Positions 17,250 to 25,447 of a DNA stretch of 50,084 nt are shown here, one piece after another (within the stretch, counting starts at the first letter, position 1; every line of letters starts with the position of its first letter). The notes beneath the pieces are model-generated. The model was given only the letters and a program-made list of their open reading frames with translations. It was not told the DNA's origin and searched no databases. The stretch covers positions 1 through 50,084 of the IMG/VR virus record IMGVR_UViG_3300036795_000133, one strand, 5' to 3'. The stretch is from a virus. Both the position numbers and the translations under genes were made by a program.

Positions 17250-17556
17250 AGATGTTTTCCCGTTCGCCGCGCTGCAGGCCAGCACCGATCAGTACGGCGC
17301 CGGGCTCCGTGACCTCGCGGAGGCTAACCCGAAACTGGCTCGCGTCGCCGAGTCCATGGCGAAGGTGATCCTGGGGCAGTGCCCGGCAGCCGATGGACGC
17401 GCCGTCATCGCCGCCGCGCAGGCCGCGACCGGTGCGGTCGCCCTGGTCCGGCACCTGGGCGAGGGGGAGCTTGGCGCGCAGGGGATCATCAACCTGATCT
17501 TCCTCGCCGGGATTGCCGTGAACGTCGCAGACTCCCCGGAGATGCCCGGTGACTGA
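17242..17556 (+). CDS. Hypothetical protein
   Basis: GGAGG RBS; overlap. Confidence 0.55.
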   Translation: MPEDVFPFAALQASTDQYGAGLRDLAEANPKLARVAESMAKVILGQCPAADGRAVIAAAQAATGAVALVRHLGEGELGAQGIINLIFLAGIAVNVADSPEMPGD

Positions 17557-18061
17557 CACCCTGATCTGGGCGGCCGTCGTATTCGTCCCGGTGATGATTC
17601 TCGTCGTCTGGCTTGCCCCGGCACTCCGCCGCGCCATCGAGGCGGTAACCGCCGCTCACACGGTATCCGCCGCAGAACGTGATGCGGGAGTTCAGGCGTC
17701 CCTTGCCAGCACAGCCGAGCGAAGGCTCCGCCTGGCTATCTCCCAGGCGCTCCTGTCCGAGGAGACCGCGGCCGAACGGTCACGGCTCGCGGCGGAGACC
17801 GCCCAGTACGACACTGACCGGGAAGCAGCCGGGAAGGTGCTTGACACCGCGGTCGCGACTCGCAGGCAGGTGCTCGCGGCCCGCGCTGAGGCTGAGGCGG
17901 AGCTTGCCCCGGAGACGGCCCGTGCGGCGCTTAAGGACAGCGGCGAGGACATGGGCGCGCTCGCTCAGGCGTACGCGGCATACTGCCGGGAGTGCCCTGG
18001 CAGCGTCGTCCCGCACGGCTTCGGCGACTGGCTGGGGGACTTCGAGGGACTGAGAGGATGA
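17549..18061 (+). CDS. Membrane-anchored coiled-coil protein
   Basis: N-terminal TM helix followed by Ala/Glu-rich helix. Confidence 0.6.
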   Translation: MTDTLIWAAVVFVPVMILVVWLAPALRRAIEAVTAAHTVSAAERDAGVQASLASTAERRLRLAISQALLSEETAAERSRLAAETAQYDTDREAAGKVLDTAVATRRQVLAARAEAEAELAPETARAALKDSGEDMGALAQAYAAYCRECPGSVVPHGFGDWLGDFEGLRG

Positions 18062-18282
18062 CGGTCAAACCGCGGCTCCGCGACCGCATGCGCTCTTACC
18101 TCCTCGGTGCCGCTTCTCTCTTCGACCTGTCCGGCGCACTGACCTACCGGGAGGCGCGAAGGGACATGCCCCCCGCCGATGACTGGAAGGCTGTCGGGGA
18201 GTACTTCGGCGAGGCCGGGAGGCTTATCCGCCAGGCGATGGACGATGCCGGGATTCCTGACGGCGAAGAGGAGAAGCGCTAA
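18058..18282 (+). CDS. Hypothetical protein
   Basis: ATGA coupling; GAASLFDLSG...DDWKAVGEYF. Confidence 0.6.
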   Translation: MTVKPRLRDRMRSYLLGAASLFDLSGALTYREARRDMPPADDWKAVGEYFGEAGRLIRQAMDDAGIPDGEEEKR

Positions 18283-19481
18283 TGGAGATGCTGGGCAAGA
18301 AGCTGTTCAACTGGGCGTCGATCCTTGAGGCGAACACCCTCGAGCAGGCGGAGAAGACCGCGTCGATGCCGTTCATCTGGCCGCACCTGGCGCTCATGCC
18401 GGACGCGCACCTCGGAAAAGGTTCTACGGTCGGGTCGGTCGTCCCCACGCTCGGCGCGATCATGCCCGCTTGCGTCGGAGTGGACATAGGCTGCGGGATG
18501 ATGGCCGTGCGCACGCAGTTCACCGCGGGCGACATGCGCCGCGGGAATCTCGCGGCGCTCCGGGAGTCGATCGAGCGGGCTATCCCGCTTTCGGCAGGCA
18601 ACTACAACGCCGAGGTCTATGACGATGAGACCAACCGCCGGGTCGGCGAACTGTTCCTGACGGACGGCGAGCAGGCCGCGGGGGCGGTCGCGCCCAACTG
18701 GAACCTTCAGCTCGGCTCGCTTGGCAGCGGCAATCACTTCATCGAGATCAGCCTCGACGAGCTTGACCAGGTATGGCTGTTCCTCCACTCGGGCTCGCGC
18801 GGCGTCGGCAACAAGCTGGCGAACAAGCACATCAAGATCGCGCGGGAGCAGTGCGAGCGGTGGTGGGTCAGTCTCCCGGACCCTGATCTCGCCTACCTCG
18901 TCGAAGGTGAGCCGGAGTTCTGGGACTATATGCGCGACCTGCGGTGGGCGCAGAAGTTCGCGTTCCTCAACCGCGAGGAGATGATGGACCGCGTTATTGG
19001 CTGCGTGGGCAAGTGGGCAGGCGAGCCCGTCATCGAGCAGGAGTCCGTCAACTGCCACCACAACTACACCGAGCAGATGACCGGCGACCTGCTCGCCAAG
19101 TGGAAGCGGCCGAAGGGACGCAGCGGTCACGTCTGGCTGTCCCGCAAGGGCGCGATCGACGCCACCGCAGGCCGGCCGGGCCTGATTCCCGGGTCAATGG
19201 GAACTGCCTCATACGTCGTCACCGGACTCGGCAACCCGCTGTCGCTGAACTCCTCCCCGCACGGCGCTGGCCGTGAATACAGCCGGTCGGCAGCCCGCAA
19301 GACATTCACCCGCGCGCAGCTTGACGAGGCAATGGAGGGCATCGAGTGGGGCCGGTCGGACGCCTTCCTCGACGAGATCCCCGGTGCCTACAAGGACGTG
19401 GACGTTGTGATGGCCGACGCCGCGGACCTCGTGAAGGTCGAGCACACGCTGCACCAGATCGTCAACGTGAAGGGGGACTGA
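18282..19481 (+). CDS. rtcB: RtcB RNA 2',3'-cyclic phosphate/5'-OH ligase
   Basis: MPDAHLG, VGVDIGCG, LGSLGSGNHF, LHSGSRG, HHNY, RKGA, PGSMG, HGAGR, DEIPGAYK. Confidence 0.97.
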   Translation: MEMLGKKLFNWASILEANTLEQAEKTASMPFIWPHLALMPDAHLGKGSTVGSVVPTLGAIMPACVGVDIGCGMMAVRTQFTAGDMRRGNLAALRESIERAIPLSAGNYNAEVYDDETNRRVGELFLTDGEQAAGAVAPNWNLQLGSLGSGNHFIEISLDELDQVWLFLHSGSRGVGNKLANKHIKIAREQCERWWVSLPDPDLAYLVEGEPEFWDYMRDLRWAQKFAFLNREEMMDRVIGCVGKWAGEPVIEQESVNCHHNYTEQMTGDLLAKWKRPKGRSGHVWLSRKGAIDATAGRPGLIPGSMGTASYVVTGLGNPLSLNSSPHGAGREYSRSAARKTFTRAQLDEAMEGIEWGRSDAFLDEIPGAYKDVDVVMADAADLVKVEHTLHQIVNVKGD

Positions 19482-20057
19482 GTGACGGTTTACTATTCCG
19501 CCGACACGCACTTCTCGCACGCCCTCGTCGCGGGCCTGCGCGGCTTCGCGTCGCAGGAGGAGCACGACCAGGCGGTGGTCGACAACTGGAACGCGGTCGT
19601 CAAGCCGGACGACATGGTGTGGCACCTCGGCGACGTCGGCCTCGGCCGCGAGCTCGGCGCCATCAACGCGGCCACTCACCTCAACGGCGTCAAGCACCTG
19701 ATCGCCGGGAATCATGACCGATGCTGGCCGGGCCACCGTGACTCCCGGAAACGGCAGCGGGCATGGCTCGGTGCCTTCGAGTCGGTGCAGGCGTTCGCCA
19801 AGACCAGGATCGACGGGCGCATGGTCCTGCTGTCGCACCTGCCGTACGAAGGTGCGGGGGACCATACGGCGGAGGAGCGCTACCCGCAGTTCCGCCTGCC
19901 TGACCACGGCGAGTGGCTGATCCACGGGCACACGCACTCGCACCTGCGGGTCGACGGGCCCCGGTCGGTTCACGTCGGCCTGGACGCCTGGGGACTGAGG
20001 CCGGTTTCCGAGGGCGAGATCGCAGCCCTGATCCGGGAAACGGAAGGTAAGCAGTGA
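19482..20057 (+). CDS. Calcineurin-like metallophosphoesterase
   Basis: DTHFSH, HLGD, GNHD, LSHLP, HGHTH. Confidence 0.93.
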   Translation: MTVYYSADTHFSHALVAGLRGFASQEEHDQAVVDNWNAVVKPDDMVWHLGDVGLGRELGAINAATHLNGVKHLIAGNHDRCWPGHRDSRKRQRAWLGAFESVQAFAKTRIDGRMVLLSHLPYEGAGDHTAEERYPQFRLPDHGEWLIHGHTHSHLRVDGPRSVHVGLDAWGLRPVSEGEIAALIRETEGKQ

Positions 20058-20854
20058 CCGTAGGCAAGCACGCGACCGAGGAGAAGCGCCGCATCGCGGA
20101 GGCCGGAACGATCCTCCGCTGCCAGGTCGGCAGCGGAGTCCACGGGACCTCTATCAGCGGCACTGACGACCGCGACGAGATGGGCGTCTGCCTTGAGCCG
20201 CCCGATTATGTCATCGGCCTGCGCACCTTTGAGCAGTACGAGTACCACACGGCATGGGAGCGCCCTGGAGGCCTGCGGAACCGCTCCGGGCACGGAGACC
20301 TTGACATCACGGTCTACAGCGCCAGGAAGTGGATGCGGCTCGCCCTGAACGGCAACCCGTCCGTACTCCTGCCGCTGTTCGTGCCCGAGGGCGAGATCGT
20401 CGCCATGACGCCGCTCGGCGAGGAACTGCGCGGCCTCGCCCCGGCGATCGTCTCCCGTCAGGCCGGGCACCGCTTCGCGGGGTACCTGGAGGCACAGCGG
20501 CGCGGGCTGCTGTCACACGAAGGCAAGGGGCGCGATGTCACGCGGCCGGAACTGGTCGAGCGGTTCGGCTGGGACACGAAGTACGGGGGGCACATGGTCC
20601 GCCTCGGCTTCCAGGGCGTCGAGTTGCTGACCACGGGGCGTATCACCCTGCCGATGCCTGCGCAGGAGCGGGAGCTTGTCCGGGCGATCCGGAGTGGACG
20701 GGTCAAGATGGAGGACGCGCTCGGCATCGCCGCCGACCTTGAGGAGCTACTGCGGGACCTCACGGAGACCTCGCCGCTTCGTGCGGAGCCTGACCGGGAT
20801 GCGGCGAACATCTGGCTGTGCGCCGCTTACGAGAGAGCATGGTCAGGCGAGTGA
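20054..20854 (+). CDS. Pol-beta superfamily nucleotidyltransferase (RlaP/Nuc-transf-like)
   Basis: VGSGVHGT....DDRDEMG, GNPSVL, DTKYGGHMVRL. Confidence 0.85.
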   Translation: MTVGKHATEEKRRIAEAGTILRCQVGSGVHGTSISGTDDRDEMGVCLEPPDYVIGLRTFEQYEYHTAWERPGGLRNRSGHGDLDITVYSARKWMRLALNGNPSVLLPLFVPEGEIVAMTPLGEELRGLAPAIVSRQAGHRFAGYLEAQRRGLLSHEGKGRDVTRPELVERFGWDTKYGGHMVRLGFQGVELLTTGRITLPMPAQERELVRAIRSGRVKMEDALGIAADLEELLRDLTETSPLRAEPDRDAANIWLCAAYERAWSGE

Positions 20855-21126
20855 CCGCGATCAACGACGGCGACATCGTGGAGATCGTCATGGACGTCTA
20901 CCACGTCAGCGAACCCCGCGGCGAGTACGAGCGGGTCCTGGTGCAGGGAATCTTCCCGCCGTACGCCGCCCATCCCCCCATCCCGCCCGGCGCGAGCCGG
21001 AACGTGGTGCAGGTGTTCTTCGGCAGGAACATGGGCGGCATACCGGCGTTCCTGATCATGACGGCGCTGAACGAAGACGGCGAGGTCGTTCCTCTGCCAG
21101 CGGCCAGCGAGAAGGAGGGCCGTTGA
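20851..21126 (+). CDS. Hypothetical protein
   Basis: GTGA coupling. Confidence 0.55.
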   Translation: MTAINDGDIVEIVMDVYHVSEPRGEYERVLVQGIFPPYAAHPPIPPGASRNVVQVFFGRNMGGIPAFLIMTALNEDGEVVPLPAASEKEGR

Positions 21127-21515
21127 CTGACCTCGGCACCCGACTGAAGGTGGCCCGCAAGGAACGCAAGTGGACGCTCCGCGAGGCCGAACAGCGATCG
21201 GGAGTCCCGTACGCGTACATCTCGCAACTGGAGACAGGCGCGATCAGGCACCCCGGTACCGCCGTCCTGATCCGCCTCGGCGCGGCCTACGGCATCCCGC
21301 TTCCCGAACTGCTCGCCCTGGCCGGGCACGTCGACTTCGGGACCATCGGCGAGGACGGCAGGCTTGAGGACTACGAGGGACACGACCTGTGGCACATGTC
21401 CGTCTACCTCCCAGAGGGCCGGGAGGGCGAGGCTGTCGCGTGGATGGCCGCGCACGGGCTTGAGGTGTACCGCATGCAGAAAGTCAGTGAGATGACAAGG
21501 GCCAGCCGTGACTAG
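21123..21515 (+). CDS. XRE-family HTH regulator
   Basis: LGTRLKVARKERKWTLREAEQRSGVPYAYISQLETG; AAGGAGG RBS. Confidence 0.85.
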   Translation: MTDLGTRLKVARKERKWTLREAEQRSGVPYAYISQLETGAIRHPGTAVLIRLGAAYGIPLPELLALAGHVDFGTIGEDGRLEDYEGHDLWHMSVYLPEGREGEAVAWMAAHGLEVYRMQKVSEMTRASRD

Positions 21516-21771
21516 CTGTCCTCGCTGTGATCCTGAGATGCCGCGGGGCGGCCAGCGCTTCCCCTCAAGGCTCACCGAAGACGAGACTCTCACGGTGCCG
21601 TGCACCACCTGCGGTGCCGAGATTACCGAGCCCTGCGACTTCAGCTACCACTCCACGCGCGTGCTCGGCATATTCGTGAAGGACGCGCCGCGCACTCACA
21701 GCGCGAGGTACGCGCTCGGCTTGCGGATGACGGACGCGCGCAAGCGACGGGCAGAGAAGGCGGCAGCATGA
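21508..21771 (+). CDS. Zn-finger protein
   Basis: VPCTTCGA...PC...HSAR. Confidence 0.6.
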   Translation: MTSCPRCDPEMPRGGQRFPSRLTEDETLTVPCTTCGAEITEPCDFSYHSTRVLGIFVKDAPRTHSARYALGLRMTDARKRRAEKAAA

Positions 21772-22145
21772 CCGAAACCGAGGACCTCCCCCCGACACAG
21801 GCCCTCGTCCTCGAGGTACTGGCTTCCCGCCATCGCCTCGGCGAGACGCACTGGACGTTCTCCACCCGGCACCTGACCGCACTCCGGGCCCTGGAGAAGC
21901 GGGGGCTCGTCGGCCTGATGCACGGGAATGTCGCGCGCACCTGCCGCGCGTACCTCACCGACTCCGGGCGTAAAGCCGCGCTCAGCGAGACGTACGAGGG
22001 CCCGTGCTGCTTCACCCGAGACTCGCTCGTTGACGCACTGACCCGCCTTGAGATCAAGGTCCAGCTGACCGGGCCGGCCGCGGGGATGATCAACGCCGAG
22101 TCGATGGCCGATGCGATTATCGAGGCGCTGGGTCAAGGCGGCTAG
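21768..22145 (+). CDS. Hypothetical wHTH-like protein
   Basis: LEVLASRHRLGE...LRALEKRGLV...AYLTDSGR. Confidence 0.6.
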   Translation: MTETEDLPPTQALVLEVLASRHRLGETHWTFSTRHLTALRALEKRGLVGLMHGNVARTCRAYLTDSGRKAALSETYEGPCCFTRDSLVDALTRLEIKVQLTGPAAGMINAESMADAIIEALGQGG

Positions 22146-22312
22146 ACCGAGGACTGAAAAGCGCCGGCCCGCATCCCGTCCACCAGGGGATCAGGCAGTG
22201 CCCTCCCAATCACCTTCCCCAGCACGTCCAGGCCCAGGGCAGGCATTTCGGCTAGCGGGATGTCCCCCAGGCCGGCTGCCGGGGATTCGACGGCGAGGAT
22301 GTCAGAGGTCAC
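22142..22312 (-). CDS. FxSxx-COOH (FxsA-like) RiPP precursor-like peptide, 56 aa
   Basis: VTSDILAVESPAAGLGDIPLAEMPALGLDVLGKVIGRALPDPLVDGMRAGAFQSSV*; terminal F-Q-S-S-V; TACTCT -10-like box 6 nt before GTG. Confidence 0.75.
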   Translation of the reverse strand: MTSDILAVESPAAGLGDIPLAEMPALGLDVLGKVIGRALPDPLVDGMRAGAFQSSV

Positions 22313-22378
22313 GACCCGAGAGTACCGCCCCTCCTGCTGCCAGCGTGGGACATGACGCCCGCGGGTACGGTGCCGTGC

Positions 22379-22642
22379 ATGCCGCCGCGTGACCCCCGTC
22401 TCTGCCCCGCGCTCGAGCGCGCCCTGCCGGCCGACTCCCCCGGCCGCGATCCCGGCTACCGCTCCGACCAGTCGCCGTGGCGGTTCCTCTTCGGCGATAA
22501 GGAGTGGCACCCGGTGTCAGTCCGCGCGTGGTGGACCGACCGGCGCGGACGCGGGGTTGTTCAGATTGAGTGGCATATCGACGGCAGCACATGGGACGAG
22601 TCGTACATAGTCGACCACGCTCGAATGCGAGAGGTCGGTTAG
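22379..22642 (+). CDS. Hypothetical beta-rich protein next to attP (start 22352 or 22379)
   Basis: TACGGT 7 nt before ATG 22379; Trp-rich WHPVSVRAWW...QIEW. Confidence 0.6.
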   Translation: MPPRDPRLCPALERALPADSPGRDPGYRSDQSPWRFLFGDKEWHPVSVRAWWTDRRGRGVVQIEWHIDGSTWDESYIVDHARMREVG

Positions 22643-22651
22643 GCGCGGCAT

Positions 22652-22938
22652 GCACGCACATGGCACGCACGCGAGTCCCGTCTCATTCCGGCGAGTTCCG
22701 ATGCATCCCGGTAGATCAAAATCTCTCTGACCAGCCTGTTCACGGTTGTCCGTCGCATCGCGGCCCATCACGGCGAATAAGACAGGACACTGCTAATGCG
22801 GTTTGGGAGTGATCCCATCCGGGGTTCAAATCCCCGATCCTCCGCCCAAGTGAATGCCGGTTTCCGGTGAAAATTTCGATCCGCACACCCCGCCCGGTTT
22901 GTCATGATTTGACCCCCGCGCACGCACGCGGCACGCAC
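22652..22938. repeat. Putative integrase arm-type sites flanking the att core
   Basis: GCACGCAC pairs with 11-bp period at 22652/22663 and 22920/22931. Confidence 0.6.
22788..22846 (+). mobile_element. attP core: 3' half of tRNA-Ser(GCT)
   Basis: CTGCTAA anticodon loop, long variable arm TGGG...CCCA, T-arm GGGGTTCAAATCCCC, acceptor 3' strand ending TCCTCCG; 5' half absent; ~100 bp from integrase stop. Confidence 0.85.
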
Positions 22939-22947
22939 GCAGATTTT

Positions 22948-24420
22948 TCACGGGCCCTCTTCCGCCTTCGCCGGCCGCTTGCGCGGGACGACCGCGGCGG
23001 CGGCATCGGAGGCCGCCTGCTCGATCTCAGGGAAGAGCGTCACGTACGCGGAGTCGGTGAACGACGTCTTGTTGTGACCCAGGATCGCGGAGATGACCTT
23101 CGTGTCAACGCCGGCCGCCTTCAGCAGTGACGCGGTGCCGTGCCTCAGGTCGTGGAACCGGACCGGCGGCATGCCCGAGCGGAAGGCGAGGATCTCGAAC
23201 CGGGTACTCGTCCACTGCGGCGGAACCGGCGACCCGTCCTCCCGGGTGAACACGAGGTCATTGTCCGGCCAGTCCGGGCCCCACACGAGCTGGTCGAACT
23301 CCTGCCGTTCCTTCCACGTGCCCAGCGACATCACAACAGGGGGAGGGAGGGGCACGGCGCGGATGCCCTTCTTCGACTTCGGCCCGCTCCCGGAGCCCGT
23401 CTCCCGGACATACGCAACCCTGTTGACCAGGTCGATCTCAGACCACTTGAGGCCGAGGATCTCGTCGCGCCGGAACCCGCAGTACGCTGCCAGGATGAAC
23501 AGGGGCGCCAGCCGCTCGGACAGAGTGTCGAGGTAGTCGAGGAATTCCCCGGTGTGCGCGGGCATCCACACCATGACCGGGCACGGCCGCAGGTCCCCCG
23601 CGTACCACAGGATCTGGCGCTCGACTGTCGTCAGCACGCGGCCCTCCGCCTGCGCCGCACCCTCCGCCTTGCCCGTGCGCCTGGCGAGCGCCGCGCGGAA
23701 CTTCGCCTCGCGTGCCGGGGTCCATGCCAGGGGCTTAACCTCGTCGGCGGCAGGCGGCTCGACGCCGAGGCACGGACTCACGTCGATCTTCTTCGTCTTC
23801 ACCGCGGCGTTCATCGCGGCCCGGAACGGGGCGAAGATCCGCGTCACCCGCGCGGCGGACAGTGGCTTGGTCGACTTCTTGTGCCGGGCTTCCCCCTCGG
23901 GCAGCTTGCGGCGCACGTCGTCGGCGCGGGCCGCGAGCATGCGGCGCAGCATCTCCGACGGCGGCTCGCCGTCCTCGGCCGGCCGGTTGACGCGGAGCAT
24001 CTCAGTGATCACGGCCGACACGTGGCTGTCGCGGACGTCGACCAGGCGCATCTTGCCGAGAGCGGGTATCCAGTACAGGCGGAACGCATCGGCGTCGGTC
24101 TCGCGCGAGGACTCCTTCATCTTCCGCTTCCCCGCCAGGTAGGTCTCCAGGTAGGCGGCGACGCGGAGGTTCCGGTCGCGGGTGGCCGCCCCGCCGCCTT
24201 CCCTGGCGATCGCCGCGGCGAGCTCCTCCTCGGCGTCGGTCTTCTTCTCGAACGGGCCGAGGATCGGCTGGCGCCGTTCCTCGGTGGCGGAGTCGTAGCG
24301 GGCGTACCACTTCCCGTGTGCCCGCTGCTTCAGCTTCGGGCACGGGTTGTCTCTAAGCGTGTAGGGCTTCTTCGTCTCCGGGTCGCGGCACCAGCAGCGC
24401 CGGTAGACGGTGCCCCTCAC
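22948..24420 (-). CDS. int: Tyrosine integrase
   Basis: GFRRDEILGL, PKSK, FHDLRH, ILGH, terminal Y (R-K-H-R-H-Y). Confidence 0.96.
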   Translation of the reverse strand: MRGTVYRRCWCRDPETKKPYTLRDNPCPKLKQRAHGKWYARYDSATEERRQPILGPFEKKTDAEEELAAAIAREGGGAATRDRNLRVAAYLETYLAGKRKMKESSRETDADAFRLYWIPALGKMRLVDVRDSHVSAVITEMLRVNRPAEDGEPPSEMLRRMLAARADDVRRKLPEGEARHKKSTKPLSAARVTRIFAPFRAAMNAAVKTKKIDVSPCLGVEPPAADEVKPLAWTPAREAKFRAALARRTGKAEGAAQAEGRVLTTVERQILWYAGDLRPCPVMVWMPAHTGEFLDYLDTLSERLAPLFILAAYCGFRRDEILGLKWSEIDLVNRVAYVRETGSGSGPKSKKGIRAVPLPPPVVMSLGTWKERQEFDQLVWGPDWPDNDLVFTREDGSPVPPQWTSTRFEILAFRSGMPPVRFHDLRHGTASLLKAAGVDTKVISAILGHNKTSFTDSAYVTLFPEIEQAASDAAAAVVPRKRPAKAEEGP

Positions 24421-25064
24421 GGCTTCCGCTCCCGAAGCGCCCGCTCGAGCGCGTCTTGCAGCATGGCGTTCTCCTCCAGTAGCGCGCCGAGCACGGGGTA
24501 GATGGCGTGGACCGCGGCGAAGTTCGCGCGGGCCCCTTCGAGTGCGGCCTTAAGGCTCTCGTCGGCGGCGAGGCCGGCGAGCGACGCGGCGAGGTCTTCA
24601 ACGGCCTCTTCCCCGTCCGCGTACTTCGCTGTCGCGGTGATGACAGCCTGCCGGTAGGCGACTGCTGCCGGCGTGGCTGGTTCCCAGTCGGGCTCGGGCA
24701 TGAGGAACCAGAAGTAGTCGCTCATGGGCAGCGCATCGCCGTCACTGCGGATGACGTACCGGGCGGCCTCGCCGTCGTCGGCGGGCGGGAGGAAGAAGGC
24801 GGGGACCGGGACGCCGAATATAGAGGCCATGCTCGCGATCTCGTCGGCATCGAACTTGCGCACGCGGTTGCCGTCCCAGGACCGCTCGGCGGCGGAGACC
24901 GCGCCCTTGGTCCAGCCGCCGAGTTCCTCGCCTAGCGCGGCCTGGGTCATCCCGCACGCCTGCCGCCACCGGGCCATGTTGTAGGCGACGAGCATGTTAG
25001 CGGTGACCTCCCGCTCGGGAGGTGCCGCCTTCCGGTCGCCTGAGGTGTCGTCCACGGTGCCCAC
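24417..25064 (-). CDS. Immunity repressor (XRE HTH)
   Basis: NMARWRQACGMTQAALGEELGGWTKGAVSAAER; coupled to int; divergent from xis. Confidence 0.8.
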   Translation of the reverse strand: MGTVDDTSGDRKAAPPEREVTANMLVAYNMARWRQACGMTQAALGEELGGWTKGAVSAAERSWDGNRVRKFDADEIASMASIFGVPVPAFFLPPADDGEAARYVIRSDGDALPMSDYFWFLMPEPDWEPATPAAVAYRQAVITATAKYADGEEAVEDLAASLAGLAADESLKAALEGARANFAAVHAIYPVLGALLEENAMLQDALERALRERKP

Positions 25065-25077
25065 GATAGCCGCTCAG

Positions 25078-25186
25078 GTCTGCTTGCGGACAGACTTTGC
25101 GTCAGAGTCTGGCGAATCGCGACAAGTTCCGGTGCGATGCGGTAAAGTCGGCTCACTGGCAGACCACAGTCTGCCGCTAACCAGAC
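25078..25186. promoter_or_regulatory. Genetic-switch operators GTC(T/G)G-N8-CAGAC (3 copies)
   Basis: Copies at 25078-25095, 25147-25164 and 25169-25186 between repressor and xis. Confidence 0.65.
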
Positions 25187-25207
25187 TTTCACTGTGCGGA
25201 GGCCCGC

Positions 25208-25447
25208 ATGATCAAGAATCCCATGACGATCGAGGAAATCCGGGCGATGCCGGCCAGCGTGCCGCTCGCCATGGCCTGCCGGGCGCTCAACATGGGCGTC
25301 ACCAAGGGATACGGGCTCGCCAGGCGCGACGCGTTCCCCGTGCGGCTGCTGCCGGTCGGGAACGCGAAGTACCGGGCACCCAAGAGCGCGATCCTCGAGT
25401 ACCTCGGTATCTCCGAGACCGCGCCTTCGACAGGGGTCGCTGCGTGA
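25208..25447 (+). CDS. Excisionase/Cro-like HTH protein
   Basis: VPLAMACRALNMGVTKGYGLARRDAFPVRLL..G..YR; first gene divergent from repressor. Confidence 0.8.
   Translation: MIKNPMTIEEIRAMPASVPLAMACRALNMGVTKGYGLARRDAFPVRLLPVGNAKYRAPKSAILEYLGISETAPSTGVAA

Noticed and set aside
22788-22846. Functional tRNA-Ser gene
   Set aside because: D-arm and 5' acceptor strand are missing upstream; it is an att core
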